Positions 14,741-27,420 of a stretch of DNA of 64,000 bases are shown piece after piece. The translations under genes and the position numbers were made by a program. The stretch comes from Vicugna vicugna (taxonomy: Eukaryota), in the NCBI GenBank assembly GCA_013265495.1, contig MU057865.1:310001-374000 (forward strand), written 5' to 3'. Position 1 is the stretch's first letter; each line of letters begins with the position of its first letter. The notes below the pieces were generated by a model that had not been told where the DNA came from, ran no database searches, and saw only the letters and a list, made by a program, of their open reading frames with translations.

Positions 14741-14872
14741 CTTTTTAATTTTTTTTTGGAGGGGGCAGGTAATTAGATTGATTTATTTATTTTCAGAGGA
14801 GGTGCTGGGGATTGAACACAGGGCCTCGGGCATGCTAAGCATGTGCTCTGCCACCTGAACTATACCCTCCCC
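14741..14872 (-). mobile_element. Vic-1-like SINE (long-tail form)
   Basis: Reverse tRNA-Ala body. TSD TTGAATTCTCT at 14730-14740 and 14876-14886. Confidence 0.88.
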
Positions 14873-15019
14873 GACTTGAATTCTCTTTTGAACTCATTAT
14901 GACGTCTAGCTGGTTCTCTCCTTGGTTACTGGGTAGAATAAAACTGTTAACGTGTCTTCATTTTTAAATCTGTGTGAGAGTTATCATTCTATCTCTTTCT
15001 GAAAATTATCTTTTACAGA

Positions 15020-15605
15020 AATGTGTAGCCCTCAATGGATCACAAAGCAGTAAATGAACAACATAAGTAAGTCAGGGTACCTAGTAGGTAAACTCTCAAG
15101 AGGCAAGACAGTTTAGTTCGAGTTAATAACCAGACCGAGAGTGACGGCGTTGAACTTCATCTTGAGCCTTGTGTTCCTGGAGAACCGGGGTGGTTAAGGG
15201 CACCCATACTCTCTGAGACCCAAGAAAATCGCTTCCTACAAAGAACCACCCTTCTCCCTGAGACGTAGATAAAACTTGCTAGAGAACCCCTTTTTCTTTA
15301 TAAAACCAGACACACACCCTCCAAATTTCTATGATGATTAACTGAACTGTTTGTGCTCCTCCAATTAGCTAGACACGGAGAGAAGTAGTTCCCGTGCAAC
15401 TGACTGACTGAAAATCTGCCTGCTTTTAAAGCACTCCCAGCTGTAACATCACCCCCACCTCTCATTTTTCTGCTTCTCCTTGGAAAAGTCTAAGGGGAAA
15501 GCATCCTGCTGAGAAACTCTGATCTTCAGACCTGGGGATTTCTCCCTATAGTAATAGCCTGAATGACAGTAATTTCCTTCCTAGGTTCCAGGTGCCTCAC
15601 AACAG
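15020..15605 (+). mobile_element. Old ERV1-like LTR (MER34/MER39-like), boundaries approximate
   Basis: 3' motif TTCTCCCTATAGTAATAGCCTGAAT and a CA end resemble old ERV1 LTRs. Confidence 0.45.
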
Positions 15606-18600
15606 CCCTGAAACTGGAATGAAATTCAGAATTTAATAGACAACTTGTAGGTTCAGTGAAATTATTATTTCCTCTTCAGCCTTAATTCCAGTGCCAACTC
15701 TGTCTGGCTTCTTTTCTCCCATCCATAGCTGGCATCTCATCTTGCAGTATTTGCATCTACGGCGTGAACACACTGCTGCTGGGACACTGAAAGATGGCTG
15801 ACTTCTCCATGTGCAATAACCCTCTGCTAAAAATTTTAAAACTTCTTATTGGATTTAATTATTTACAATTAAACTAAAAGAATTCAAAATTATATGAAGA
15901 AAAAGGAATACTCTGAAGGCAAAATTATACAACATGCTCTTTTCTCTTTAATGGTACTTGATGGAAGAAGTTATTTAATTTAGCATGATATGAACATTTG
16001 ATGATATGCATGTTAGTATTTGCATTCCCAATTGACTGTGCGATTACTGAAAGTGTTTTTTAGGGCAATGCACAGAAGCTGTGAGTGCTTCTTTTCTACA
16101 GAAGGCACACTTTTAAAAATGCAAGTTTTTCTTATACTGCATTAAATAGTTCTGCATGACTTAGAATCTTTCTGTGGTCTGTTGATTTTTTTTTTCCTTA
16201 GCATCACAAATATTAGCTCAAAAGGAAAAAGATCTCACCCTTTTTAGTTTCATTTGAACCAGATGATTTGCATGGTGTATGGGCGAGATGACCAACATTA
16301 TGAAATGGCATAATGTATTTACAGGTCAGCATTACTCTTCAGAAAATATAAACCTTATTTTTTCAATACATGTGTGGAATGCCTAGAATATGTCAGGTAC
16401 ATTACAATGCCTGTTGGTACTTTTTTTATTTAGCATGATAATTTCTTTGTTCTCGTTATACATGTTTGCTTTTTCACACCACATTGATCAGTGTGGAATA
16501 TGACCTTTATTTTCTTATATTCACCAAAGGTCCCAGAACAGTGCCAGGTAGATATTGGTGCACACACACACACAAAGTATCAATGTTAAATTGATTATCT
16601 TTTGAGTAATTGCTTCTAGGTGCTTGACAATGAGCATTTGCAAATCTCCATTTTTATTAATACGTTAATATTTTACAAATACTAAAATAAATAACATTGG
16701 AGTGTCCCACTAGAAGCAACTCAGATAAAAGTTTGTTTGTTTTTTTTTTAAAGTGAACCAGTAAGTTCAATTTTGCTAATGTCCCCAGGGAATAGCCGCG
16801 ATTAAAGAAAAAAAGCAAGAATCTGCATTTCCGTATTGCATTATGTAAAAAGGGACGGTAAGGCTCTATTCTGATAGATTAGTAGGCTGTTAAATGAGTA
16901 AATAGGGATTTAGAGAAAGCAAACTGTCAACACACACAGTGCTGATCTCTGCCTTGCCCAGTTTTATGCCTAAGGAGATTGGCAGGGTCCCCGATGTGAT
17001 TTGAATCTTAGAGTGAATTCAGAAACTCTTCTATCTTCTTCCTTCCCTCTCCACACCCCATCAATCAGAGATTATATCTGCACAGAGGCAGTCTCCATCA
17101 TGATGAAGCTGGGATGCTTTCCAATGTAAATCTGTATTTTAACAAAGAGAGAAACAGGGAAGGAGAGAGAGATGCCCGGGGCAGGGTCATTCTCTGACCC
17201 CAGGACCCAGCCCAGGCTGAAGCAAACACACCTGCCCCGTCAGCTGCTGTGTTGCGTCCTGCCCTTTGAAGAAGCAGCTTTCTCCTGCTCCGGCTGAATG
17301 AGTGCTGCCTGCCACTCTCAGGCTGGCTCCAGCCACGTGAAGAGCCCTCTGCACGCACAGTGAGCTTTCCTGTCTCCTTTGCACTTCAAGAATTTAGGAA
17401 GCTTCAGGGGAAATAAGGATTCAGGAGTTTTTTTTCTCCCTCTGTTGCGATGAGCTCACATTGTGGCTTTCAGGACTCGGGGCACTCAGACACATAGGCA
17501 TGTGGGCTGCTGGTCCCGGGCTGGAGCACAAGGCGGTCCTTAGCAGCACTGACCATGAGCACACCCGCCGGACATCCCTCCCTTGACTCACCCAGCCCTC
17601 CCAGGTAAATGAGGGTGGTGGAGCTAGAGAGAGGGAAAGGATAATTGGTGAAGAACCCAAATGGTCCTACTCTCCTCAGACCCAGTCACTCAGGGTTTCT
17701 TTCACCGCAAGGCATTACAGAGGCAGCATCCTCCCCAACCCGGAGCAGCGAGAGTGGCCCCACCAAGCCCCTTCCCCGGGAGCTGCGCTCAGCCTCTCGG
17801 CGTCAAGCCGCCGTGGCTTTGAGCTGAGTCCGTGAGCGTCTGTGCTTCATCTCAGTTTATTTTGTGCATCCGTTAGCAAGATGTGTCCTAAGGTAACTGC
17901 TTCTTCACTTTACATCATGTCGGTTTACAAAAGGTTTCATGGTGGCCCTCTACTTTGGGAGAATGGGGGAAACCTGAGTATGTGTATATGTGTATATACA
18001 GAAATACACGATTACAGAAGTCATTATGTTCCTGCTTAGTTGTCGGTGTAACTTGAAAAATGAGGCACCTGAGTATGGTCCATTAACGTGGAGGATAACA
18101 CTTTTATTCTCTGGCTGTATGTCCCTTATGTGTCTATGCTTCCCATACTGTAGTTGCCCGGATTCTAGCTTCCTAGAAGTCAGGAAGCATTTCTAAGGCA
18201 ATCTCAGTGTATATAAGTGCTAAATAATGTTTTACTGACAGCAGAAAGATAGATTGTTAAAAAGATGTATTAAGAACATCAGCTGTCTGTAGTCACAGTT
18301 GTCACAATGGGGAGAGAGCGGGACAGCTTCCTATCTTTGCTCAACAAACATGTGAGGCTTGGCTGCTTGTCAGGAGCCTAGCTCGTGGGGTTAGACTCGC
18401 CCCCCGCCTGCCCCTGAGTGAGTTACGTAATTCTTTTAAACCTCTGATTATTAACTATGTAAAATTACTTAGCACAATTCCTGGGAGTCAGTAGTTGCTC
18501 ACTAAATGATAGTGATTATGACTGTTGGATGCTAACTACATGCAAGGTCTAACAGATTCAAGGATGCCCTTCAGGAGTTCACAGTCCAGTGGTGGGACTG

Positions 18601-18760
18601 TGACACAAAGCATTACAGCCCCCCTCCCACCAATGCAGACACACAAAGTCATGCATGCTTTGATAAAGACATGGACAGTGGACTTTGAAACAATAGTGAC
18701 AGTAACTAAATGCCAAAAGGAACCAGCCAGGGAACTCGTGGCAAGATGGAAGCTTTTGGC

Positions 18761-18763
<3 letters not shown>

Positions 18764-18800
<37 letters not shown>

Positions 18801-18805
18801 CGTGT
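18764..18805. repeat. (GT)n microsatellite
   Basis: Read directly from the sequence. Confidence 0.95.
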
Positions 18806-20329
18806 AGCAGGGAGGTGTCGTACTTGTGAGAACATCTTTTTAAACCTGAGAATCTGTTAAGAGTGCCTGCTCAGTCCCACACCAGCTGGGAAGGCGTAGT
18901 GGGGTAAAACCGGTGTCTGCCGCCTGTGTTCTTTTCCGGATGGGCAAAGCGACACAGGGGACGAAGCGACGTCCCAGAGGCTGGAAGCACCTGCTCTGTC
19001 CCCGCCCTCCTTTCCTGGGACTCTCGCCCTGTGAGGGTTCGGTCAGTGTGGTCCCAAGGTGCGGGGCAATACAAGGAAGTGTTTTCTATGTGGCTCCTTT
19101 TTCTTTTTTCTTTTCTTTTTTCTTTCTTCCTCCTTCTTTTAAAAGTTTATTTCTGCTAAATGAGCAGCAAGAACCCCAAACTTACTATTTCTCAGAATCA
19201 ACAGTAAAGAGCCCTGCTCCGCTGACAGTGTTTGGAGTTTTTCGCTCCCTGGGATTTGAAGCCTTTTCACGACGCTGATGCACGGTTTTTAGCTATGTTA
19301 GTTCTGTAATGTTAGTTCTGAATGTTTTCGCAATATTCCCCTGGTAGTTAGAAGCAAGGAAAGGTTTATTTTGAAGGGAAAAAAAGAGATCATTATTTCG
19401 GCCCCAAAGTCACAAGTTAAGAAAGGAAACCTGCAAAGTATAAAATACAATACTCTTAGCTCTGACTCCTAACCACCCAGTCCAGTCCATTTCCATTCCA
19501 TTTATTTATCATTTCAATTACAGAAGAGATCCGTTGCTCCAAAGAGCCATATTGTGTCTATTTATTTTCTTAAGGAAGAAAAGGCAATTTATGGCTATTT
19601 AATCTTTAGACTTTTATGTGAATATTTTTTCTACCATTGAGCATTTTAGGAAATGAAGAGCTTTACCTATAACCAGATTCTTTTCATCCTCACATCATCT
19701 GAACCCAAATAATTTGTTTTTCATCTTTCGTGATATTCCTTGTACCCCCCTCTACTGAAGCTTAATTATTATGCTTTACAGTGAACAACAAATTCACTTC
19801 TTTTAAAATCATGACTCTTATAAGCCAAAGGCCTTTAAAAATTCCACTAATTTACATGCTACCTATGGCTATTCTCAAACAAATTGTGTTCAACGGTGTT
19901 TTTCCTACATGTCATTCAAGAAAAATTAGTATATTTTTCGTATGATGCCCTAAAGACCTAAAATTGAAAAAAAACATGTCAAGTATATTTTAAAGATGTT
20001 GTTTACTATTTCAAATGTAATCTTCACACTGCAGTGGGAAAATTAGACATGTCAGGTAGGAGTTACTCATCACTAATTCTACGTAATTACGGAGACTATT
20101 GAAAATACCATGAGGTCTATTAAAGCATCTAATTATAAAGACGTAAATATGCACTAGAAACACGGAGCTCTCACTTTCCATATAACTGTGTACATTTTTA
20201 TATGCTTTTCTGGCATATTGAAAAGTTCAAAAAGACGATCTTGATTACTTCTCTACCTTTACTGAATAGATCAAAATACTGGCATTAACCATTTGAAATA
20301 AAATTCTCCTTCAAAATGAAGACTGAAGG

Positions 20330-20960
20330 CAAGAAATAATCCTAAGGAAATAATCACAGTTACATAAACTTATTTAAAAATTATATTTTGCAGCACAATT
20401 TGTAGTAGCAAAAAATAAAGAAGTAATCTAAATGTTTGACAAAAGGGGATTGTCCAAATAAATTCAGATTTTTTTCTTGAGATGGAAAACTCTGTTGCCA
20501 TTAAAATGAAATTTCCCAACAATTTTAGGCTCATAAGAAAATGGTTATAATAGTAGTAGATAAAAAAAGAGGATTAAAATCTGTATGTACTATGCAAATC
20601 CAATTAATGTTTCTAAATAGACACACAAAAAGACTAGAAAGGAATCTCAAATCTCCAGGGTGTATTTGAAAACTGTTTGTCCTACCAAGAACCAGAAAAT
20701 CATAACCCAAATGAAAAATACAACACAAGCCAACACTGAGATGAATGATACGTTGAAACGATCCGGTAAAGATGTTAAAGCAGCCATCATCACATGCTTC
20801 AACAAATGATTATGAACTCTCTTGAAACAAATGAAGAAATAGAAAATCTCAGGAGAGAAATAGAAGTTATAAAAAAGAGCCTAATGGAGATTCATGGAAA
20901 ATGTAGTAACTGAAGTGAAAACCTTGCTTGACAGGCTTAGCGGTGAAGATTACAGAGAAG
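20330..20960 (+). mobile_element. Old L1M fragments (3' piece plus ORF1-region piece)
   Basis: A-rich, with L1-typical strings such as GCAGCACAATTTGTAGTAGCAAAA and GAAATAGAAAATCTCAGGAGAGAAATAGAAG. Confidence 0.6.
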
Positions 20961-22044
20961 AAAGTAAGTACTGATGTCAGTGATTAATTAAGGTTTGGCC
21001 GTATGAAAAGCTCAGCCTCCTGTAGACAGCGCTGGGTAGGGCTGCTAGCGTTCAGCAACCCAGAGAAGCTGCACCCGAGTTCAGACTCGTGTCCTCGCTC
21101 TGACTACATCCCCATCCTCTGCAGTGCAGAGCATCACAGGACGGGAGTACAGCTGCAGAGGGCAAGGTCCTTCTCTTGGCGTCCTGCCTCATGGTGGGGC
21201 CAGTGCTACCCAGCCAATCACACTGCTCCGCAGGATGGCATGAGAAGTGGGGAGACAGAATGTGCCAGCTCTCTGTCTCTGGTGTCCAGCCTGAACCAAA
21301 GGATGTTTTTTGGTGTTGCTTGAAACACTTTCTGTTAAATTTTTTTTTAAAATCAATATCTTTATGAGGAAACCAAGATTCAGACTGTGTAATTCTTTTG
21401 TTTAAGGATTCCGAACCAAGAGATGTGGCATTATGATTTCAGAGCAGGGCCCTCTCCACCTCATCAAACTATCATTTGTTGCAAGATTGAAACAAAGGAG
21501 GATATAAATTCCAAGTGAAAAAAAAATATATATGAGGAAATATATTATTCATAGCTTGAAAAGTTAAACATAAAACTCTTCTGACTTAAATGTTTAAATA
21601 TAAGGAGAATTACCATTACTAACCAGGTAGAAAGCATTAATGTTTCATCTACTAATGTTATGAGATCTGCGTGTATTGATCTTTAAAATTTGAGGAACTA
21701 ACTTGATTGGCTCCATTAAAAAATATGCCTTTAACTGAATAAGAAATATATTGTCCACTCAGTATTCAAGTCTTGGAATATCAAGCAAGAAATAATCATT
21801 ATTGTTGATATGACTTAACCAAATTTTCCTTCATGTTTACTTTGTTTTAAAATAGTTAATTTTACTAGGATATATGTTCATTTGTGTATGTTTCTTAATC
21901 TGTTCTGTCTCTGAACTGTGTTGGTCTTGATCTAGTCTGCTCATTAATATCAAGATCATTTTTTCTAGAATAGAGTTTTTCTTATTTACTTTTTCATTGT
22001 TGTATAAGGTATCATATGTTTATTTATCTACTTTTTGTAGTGAG

Positions 22045-22540
22045 CAACTGCTGTGGCCCAGTCCAGTCCACAAGGCCATCTCCTTTGTGGGAGACCCTGG
22101 AATCACAGAGTGAGCCCCCAGCATCCTTGCATGTATGGTGTGATCCATCTTTTGGACCACAGCTAATTGGGTAGGTGGGGGATCTGACCTTAGCAGCACC
22201 CAAAAGTCATCTCTCCTGGGATATGATTTTGGACTCTAGAGATTATCTGTCTGTATCTGGAACTGTAACATGTAAACAGAAGGTGAGAAGGCTAGTCTGG
22301 GGAGAGAGAGAAAGAGAGAGAATAATGAACAACACATACCCAAAAATGTAGGGATGAAATGTTCAGAGAAAGTACTTCCATCAGCTTTCTCAGATCTGGT
22401 TCTCAACCTTTTCTGAGCCTTGGAGGCAGTCCTGAATTTGCGTTCCTTTAAACTCCTCCATATCATTTAAATAATTTCCCCTATTTAGATTAAGCTAGCT
22501 CAGATCAGTTTGTTACTTGCAGTTCAAATATCTGATGTGA
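22045..22540 (+). mobile_element. Ancient ERVL/MaLR LTR (LTR16/LTR33-like)
   Basis: 3' motif TTAAGCTAGCTCAGATCAGTTTGTTACTTGCA. Confidence 0.5.
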
Positions 22541-22684
22541 TGCACTGGACTTTGAAGGCTCTGTTAATCCCCTGTACTGTATGGCTAGCCGTGTTCCCCA
22601 GTATTTTTTTTACATTTGTCATTCTCCTCTTTTATTCATCACAACTCTCCTTTTGCTCAAGTTTGCATTTCCTAGCCTCAAATG

Positions 22685-22781
22685 CTTCCTTTCTTTCCTT
22701 CCTTCCTTCCTTCCTTCCTTCCTTCCTTCCTTCCTTCCTTCCTTCCTTCCTCCCTCCCTCCCTCCCTCTCTCTCTTTCTTC

Positions 22782-22858
<77 letters not shown>

Positions 22859-22928
22859 TTTCTTCCTTTCTTCCTTTCTTCCTTTCTTCCTTTCTTCCTT
22901 TCTTCCTTTCTTCCTTTCTTTCTTTTCC
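22685..22928. repeat. Compound pyrimidine microsatellite (TTCC)n(TCCC)n(TTTC)n(TTTCTTCC)n
   Basis: About 240 bp of pure C/T, read directly. Confidence 0.97.
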
Positions 22929-24919
22929 AAAGAACAATCAGTCTTGACAAAGCTGAAGCTGAGTGCCCTTTCACACAGCTTTGCTCCATCTTTAGACTTC
23001 TAGCTTACACTAGTCAACATTGGTATGTTACGTTGTGGCAACAAATTACCTTGGAATATCAGTCATTTAACAAATCTTCATTCTTGTTCATGCTACATTT
23101 CCAATAAAGGCCATCAGAGATTTCTCTTCCATACATTCATGAAACAATATTAGGGGAGGGAAAAAAAAAAGCTGTACCATCTGGAACACACAGTAACCTT
23201 AATTACTGAAATTAGATTTCTCCCTTCCAAATAATTTCTGGAATATAATATCCCATTTATTTAGAAACAAGACTTCAGATATACTTAACCCTATAGCATA
23301 TCTGTGGACCAAGAAGAAAGTGGACAGGAATACTGAGATTCCAAAGTACCTCTGATAATACTCTGGCACTTACTCTGGTTATTTCCTACCCACGAAGATG
23401 CAAAGGCCATTGAAGTGTTATTTGCAGTTATCTAACCCCAAAGTGTTGGGAAGTCAAAAGAAGGAAAAGAGGTAACTGTCAGTTCGGGAGAAAAATTTTC
23501 TCTGCAGATACATTTTTTTCTTCCTTTAGAGAAAGTAGAAGGCAAGACTGTGTCAGTATTCAGGGTTCAAAGATGAAAGATAGTACATGAATTAAAAACA
23601 GTCCCATTTGGTCAACATGAGTTTATTTAATTAATTACTTAATTTATTTTAAGTTGTGTCTTTAAGTAAGATGAAGAAGATAGTACTGTAACAGTCAATC
23701 CCTATTCTTCTGCTGATGTCTTCGAAGGACTAAATTAATGTCAGAACCCTGCTTCTGCCTTGCTAGTGCCCCCTCAGCCTCTAAACCTCCCTCCCCTTCC
23801 CAATTTTAAGGAGATGGTACCAACATTAGTAAGAAGAGAAAGGGGATGGGAGAGGTGGTCCTGGTCACAGAATGGGGCTGCTGGGAGCAGCGCCATGTCC
23901 ACTTTATGAGGATAAAGTCTTAGAACCCATCCCAACCCCTGGCTCTCCCTGAGACCGAAAAAGATGGGAGTTCATCCATTCTTTAACACTGAGTTCACCA
24001 GCAGTCATCCATCCTACGAGTAAGAATGCCTGAACTCAAGAATCACCTGTCAGTCAAGCTGAGATGAATTTGAGGTATAGGAGTGCAGGACAGTTGTCCT
24101 TTATTTTCATTTTGTCTCTGTAAAAAGGTTCTTACCCTCCCCAGCTCCCCAGGTGAGTGATGTGAAAGAGTTTATTGGAATGAAATATGGGAGAAAGCTA
24201 AGGAGAATTGAAGTAATCTCTCTGTTAGTCTATGAAAAGCTTTTACAGAAAGCATTCTGCAATGACAATAGAAGTGACTGTTGACAGCCTTCGAGGAGAG
24301 GACACGCAAAACCAGTGCAGAGCCAGGTGGTGCATAATAGTGTATCACAGGGAACGGACCTTCAGAGCACCAACCCGGTGTCATGAAGAAAAGAGGGTGG
24401 TTTGCTACTCTCTGCTTCAGAAGTCAGGGAAATAAAGCATTTTTGAGATATTTCTATCAAGTGTGATTAAGGAAAACCCAATGTGGAGCTTGGCTGCAGA
24501 TGAATTTCAGTTATTTTGTAATATTTACGTATATGGGACAACTCCTTCCTTAATGATGACAGATGAATGTAGTATCACTGAATTTTGATTTCCACAAAGA
24601 ATTTTCCTCCAATCTGATGAGAAAGAGAATACATTTTGTATTTAGAAGTAAAACCCAAGAGGGAAACAGAAAAAAGAAATCAATATTTGGTAACAGAAGT
24701 CTGAGGTTCATTATTGAATGAAACTGGAAAAATCTCATAAAACTCTATGAAACAACCTCACGCCTTCAAAAAAAATGTCTAAAGGCATTAAGACAGAAAC
24801 ACATTCTCTTCTGAAACCTCTCTACAATGCCCCATATATTTTCTCAGAGCTTTCTAAGGAAATTCTAATAATTTTGATAATCAAGACATTCTTCAAAAAA
24901 CCCCATAATTTCCCCTTAG

Positions 24920-26480
24920 ATTTTTAAATAAAAGCTTTATATAGATACAATCACATACCATAACATTTTGCAGAATACAATTCAGTGATTTTTAGTATAT
25001 TTAGAGTTGTGCATCCACCACCACCAGTAATATTTTAACACATTACAATAATTTTTTACTTTTTTGGTGAGGAGAGGTAATTAGGTTTATTTATTTGTTC
25101 ATCCCTAAAGCAGGTGCTGGGGATTGAACCCAGGACCTTATGTATGCTAAGCACACGCTCTACCACTTGAGCGACACCCTCCCTCCTTCAACACATTTTA
25201 ATCACTTCATAGAGCAACCCCATATCCATTCGTGATCACTACCTATCACTACGCATTCCCTCTCCTCTTATCTCCTTACAATTACTACTTCCTGTTTCTA
25301 TAGGTTTGGCTCTAATGGACCTTTCGCATAAAATGAATCATAAATGCGTGACCTTTTTTGTCTGTCTTCTTTTACTTGACATCATGTTATCAGGGATTAT
25401 TCATGTTGTAGCATGTATCAGTACTTCATTACTTTTCAAGGCCAAGTAGTATTCCATTACATGGCGATACCAGATGTGTTTATCCATTCATCAGTTCATT
25501 GACGTTTGGATTGTTTCCGCTCTGGCTGTTATGAATAATGCTGCTGCAAACATTTGTGTACAAGTTTTCTGTGGACGTAGGTTTTCGAATTCTTTTGTGT
25601 CCGCCTAGGAGTGGAATTGCTGGGTAACATAATAACTCTTATGTTTAACTTTTTGAGGACTGCCAAACTGTTTTCCAAAGTGGCTGCATCAACTTACATT
25701 TCCACTAGAAATGCATGAGGTTTCCCATTTCTCCACATCCCTGCTCTTTGCTATTGTCCATCCTTTTGATTATAGACGTCCTGGTGTGTGTGGAGTGTTT
25801 TCTCTTTGTTGTTTTAATTTGCATTTCTCTAATGAATAATAATATGGAATATCTTTTCATGTGTTTATTCCTCCTTTGTATATCACTTGTATATTTGTAT
25901 ATGGAGGAATGTCTATTCAAATCCTGTGCTCATTTAAAAAAATAGATTACATGTTTTTTATTGTTGAGTTATAGAATTATTTATTCTGATACAAGTTGTT
26001 TATTAGACATATTTGGAAATATTTTCTCCCATTCCATAGGTTGATTTTTCACCTTCTTGATGATGTCTTTTGAAATGCAAGTCCTTAATTTGATGAAATC
26101 CATTTTTCTTCTTTTTTTGTCTTTTGTGCTGGTGTCATATCTAAGAAAATATTGCCTAATCCAAGGTCACAAAGATTTGTTTTTTTTTTCCCTTAGAGTT
26201 TTCAACTCTGACATTTAGGTCTACAATATATTTTGAGTTAATTTAAGTGGACAGTGTGAAGTACCCGTCCAACTCCATCTTCCGCCTGTGAATATCCAGT
26301 GTTCCTCCTACCATCTCTTGAAAAAAAAACTATCCTTTCCCCATTGAATGGTCTTGATCCCCTTGTTGAAAATAAATTTATCATAAATGTATTTCTGAGC
26401 TCTCAAATTTATTCTACTGGTCTATATGTTTCTCTTTATGCCAGTATTACACTATCTTGACTACTAGAGCTTTCTAATAT
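24920..26480 (-). mobile_element. L1M (L1MB-like) 3' portion with ORF2 C-terminal relic
   Basis: Minus-strand peptide KHMKRYSILLFIREMQIKTT matches the L1 ORF2 C-terminus. Typical L1 3' strings are present (GGAGTGGAATTGCTGGG, CTGTTTTCCAAAGTGGCTG). Confidence 0.85.
25051..25186 (-). mobile_element. Vic-1-like SINE nested in the L1
   Basis: GGGGATTGAACCCAGGACC...TGCTAAGC...CTCTACCAC, with AACACATT on both sides. Confidence 0.85.
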
Positions 26481-26689
26481 TTATTCTTAAGTTTAAACTG
26501 CTTTTTCCCTTTCTGTGCCAGAGGGAACAACTTGACTGGCCTTCCGTATCATTGTAAGTCCTTCTTACCACCTTTTGAGTCCTGGACTGTTTCAGCTGGA
26601 AGGAAACTCCGTGATTAGCTGGTCCAGTTACTTCATTTTACAGATGGTGGCTGTAAGCGCCTGAGATTCGTCTACACGATGTGATTATA

Positions 26690-27420
26690 TGAGCCTTTCT
26701 GCATACACAGTACCAGGTTCAAGAAATCTTATCTGTTTGTCATATTTGCTTCAGATTTTTTGACAAAAATTAAATATCATAGACCCTGTCCTCCTCTTCT
26801 TTTCATTCCCATCCCATCAAAAACTGCCATTCTGAGTCTAGTGCGTACCATTTCATGTTTTTGTACTTTTTCAGAGCCAATATGAAGTAGTTTAATTTTT
26901 CAAAAGAGTCAGCAACATGCTCTTCTCATTTTAGCACTGTTCTGAAGGTGTATTCATGTAGCTGAGTTTTGATTCATTCGTTTTAAATGTTCTGTCATAT
27001 TCACATTTTAACTGTCACATTTTAACAAATATATCACTTTTAATGTCCATTCTTCTGTTGAAAGACATTCAGGTTTTGTCTCTATTTCCCCCTCTATTAT
27101 AAACAATGCTTGTACATTTGTCCTCGTGTTCAGATGTGAGCATGTCTGCAGTGGAGCAGTGCTGCTGGAGAGCAGCAGAGGACCCGCCACTTTTTAACCG
27201 GATATTGCAAATGGCTCTCCAAAGTGCTTCTCAGAGCTCCTGTTTTTCACATCCTCAACTGTATTTGATATTGTCACAGTTTTTAAGTTTGCCAATCTGA
27301 TGTGTGCATAGTAGTTATCTCATTATTTAATTTGCATTTCCCCGATCACTAGTAAAATCGAGCTGTTTTTTCCTATGTTTATTAGCCATTTGTTTTTTTT
27401 TCCTCCTTCCATTACATGCT
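26690..27420 (-). mobile_element. Older L1ME-like fragment
   Basis: Degenerate L1 3' strings (GCCAATCTGATG, TTTAATTTGCATTTCCC, TTTATTAGCCATTTG). Confidence 0.6.

Noticed and set aside
22510..23107. Long ORFs on both strands
   Set aside because: Translations of the microsatellite.
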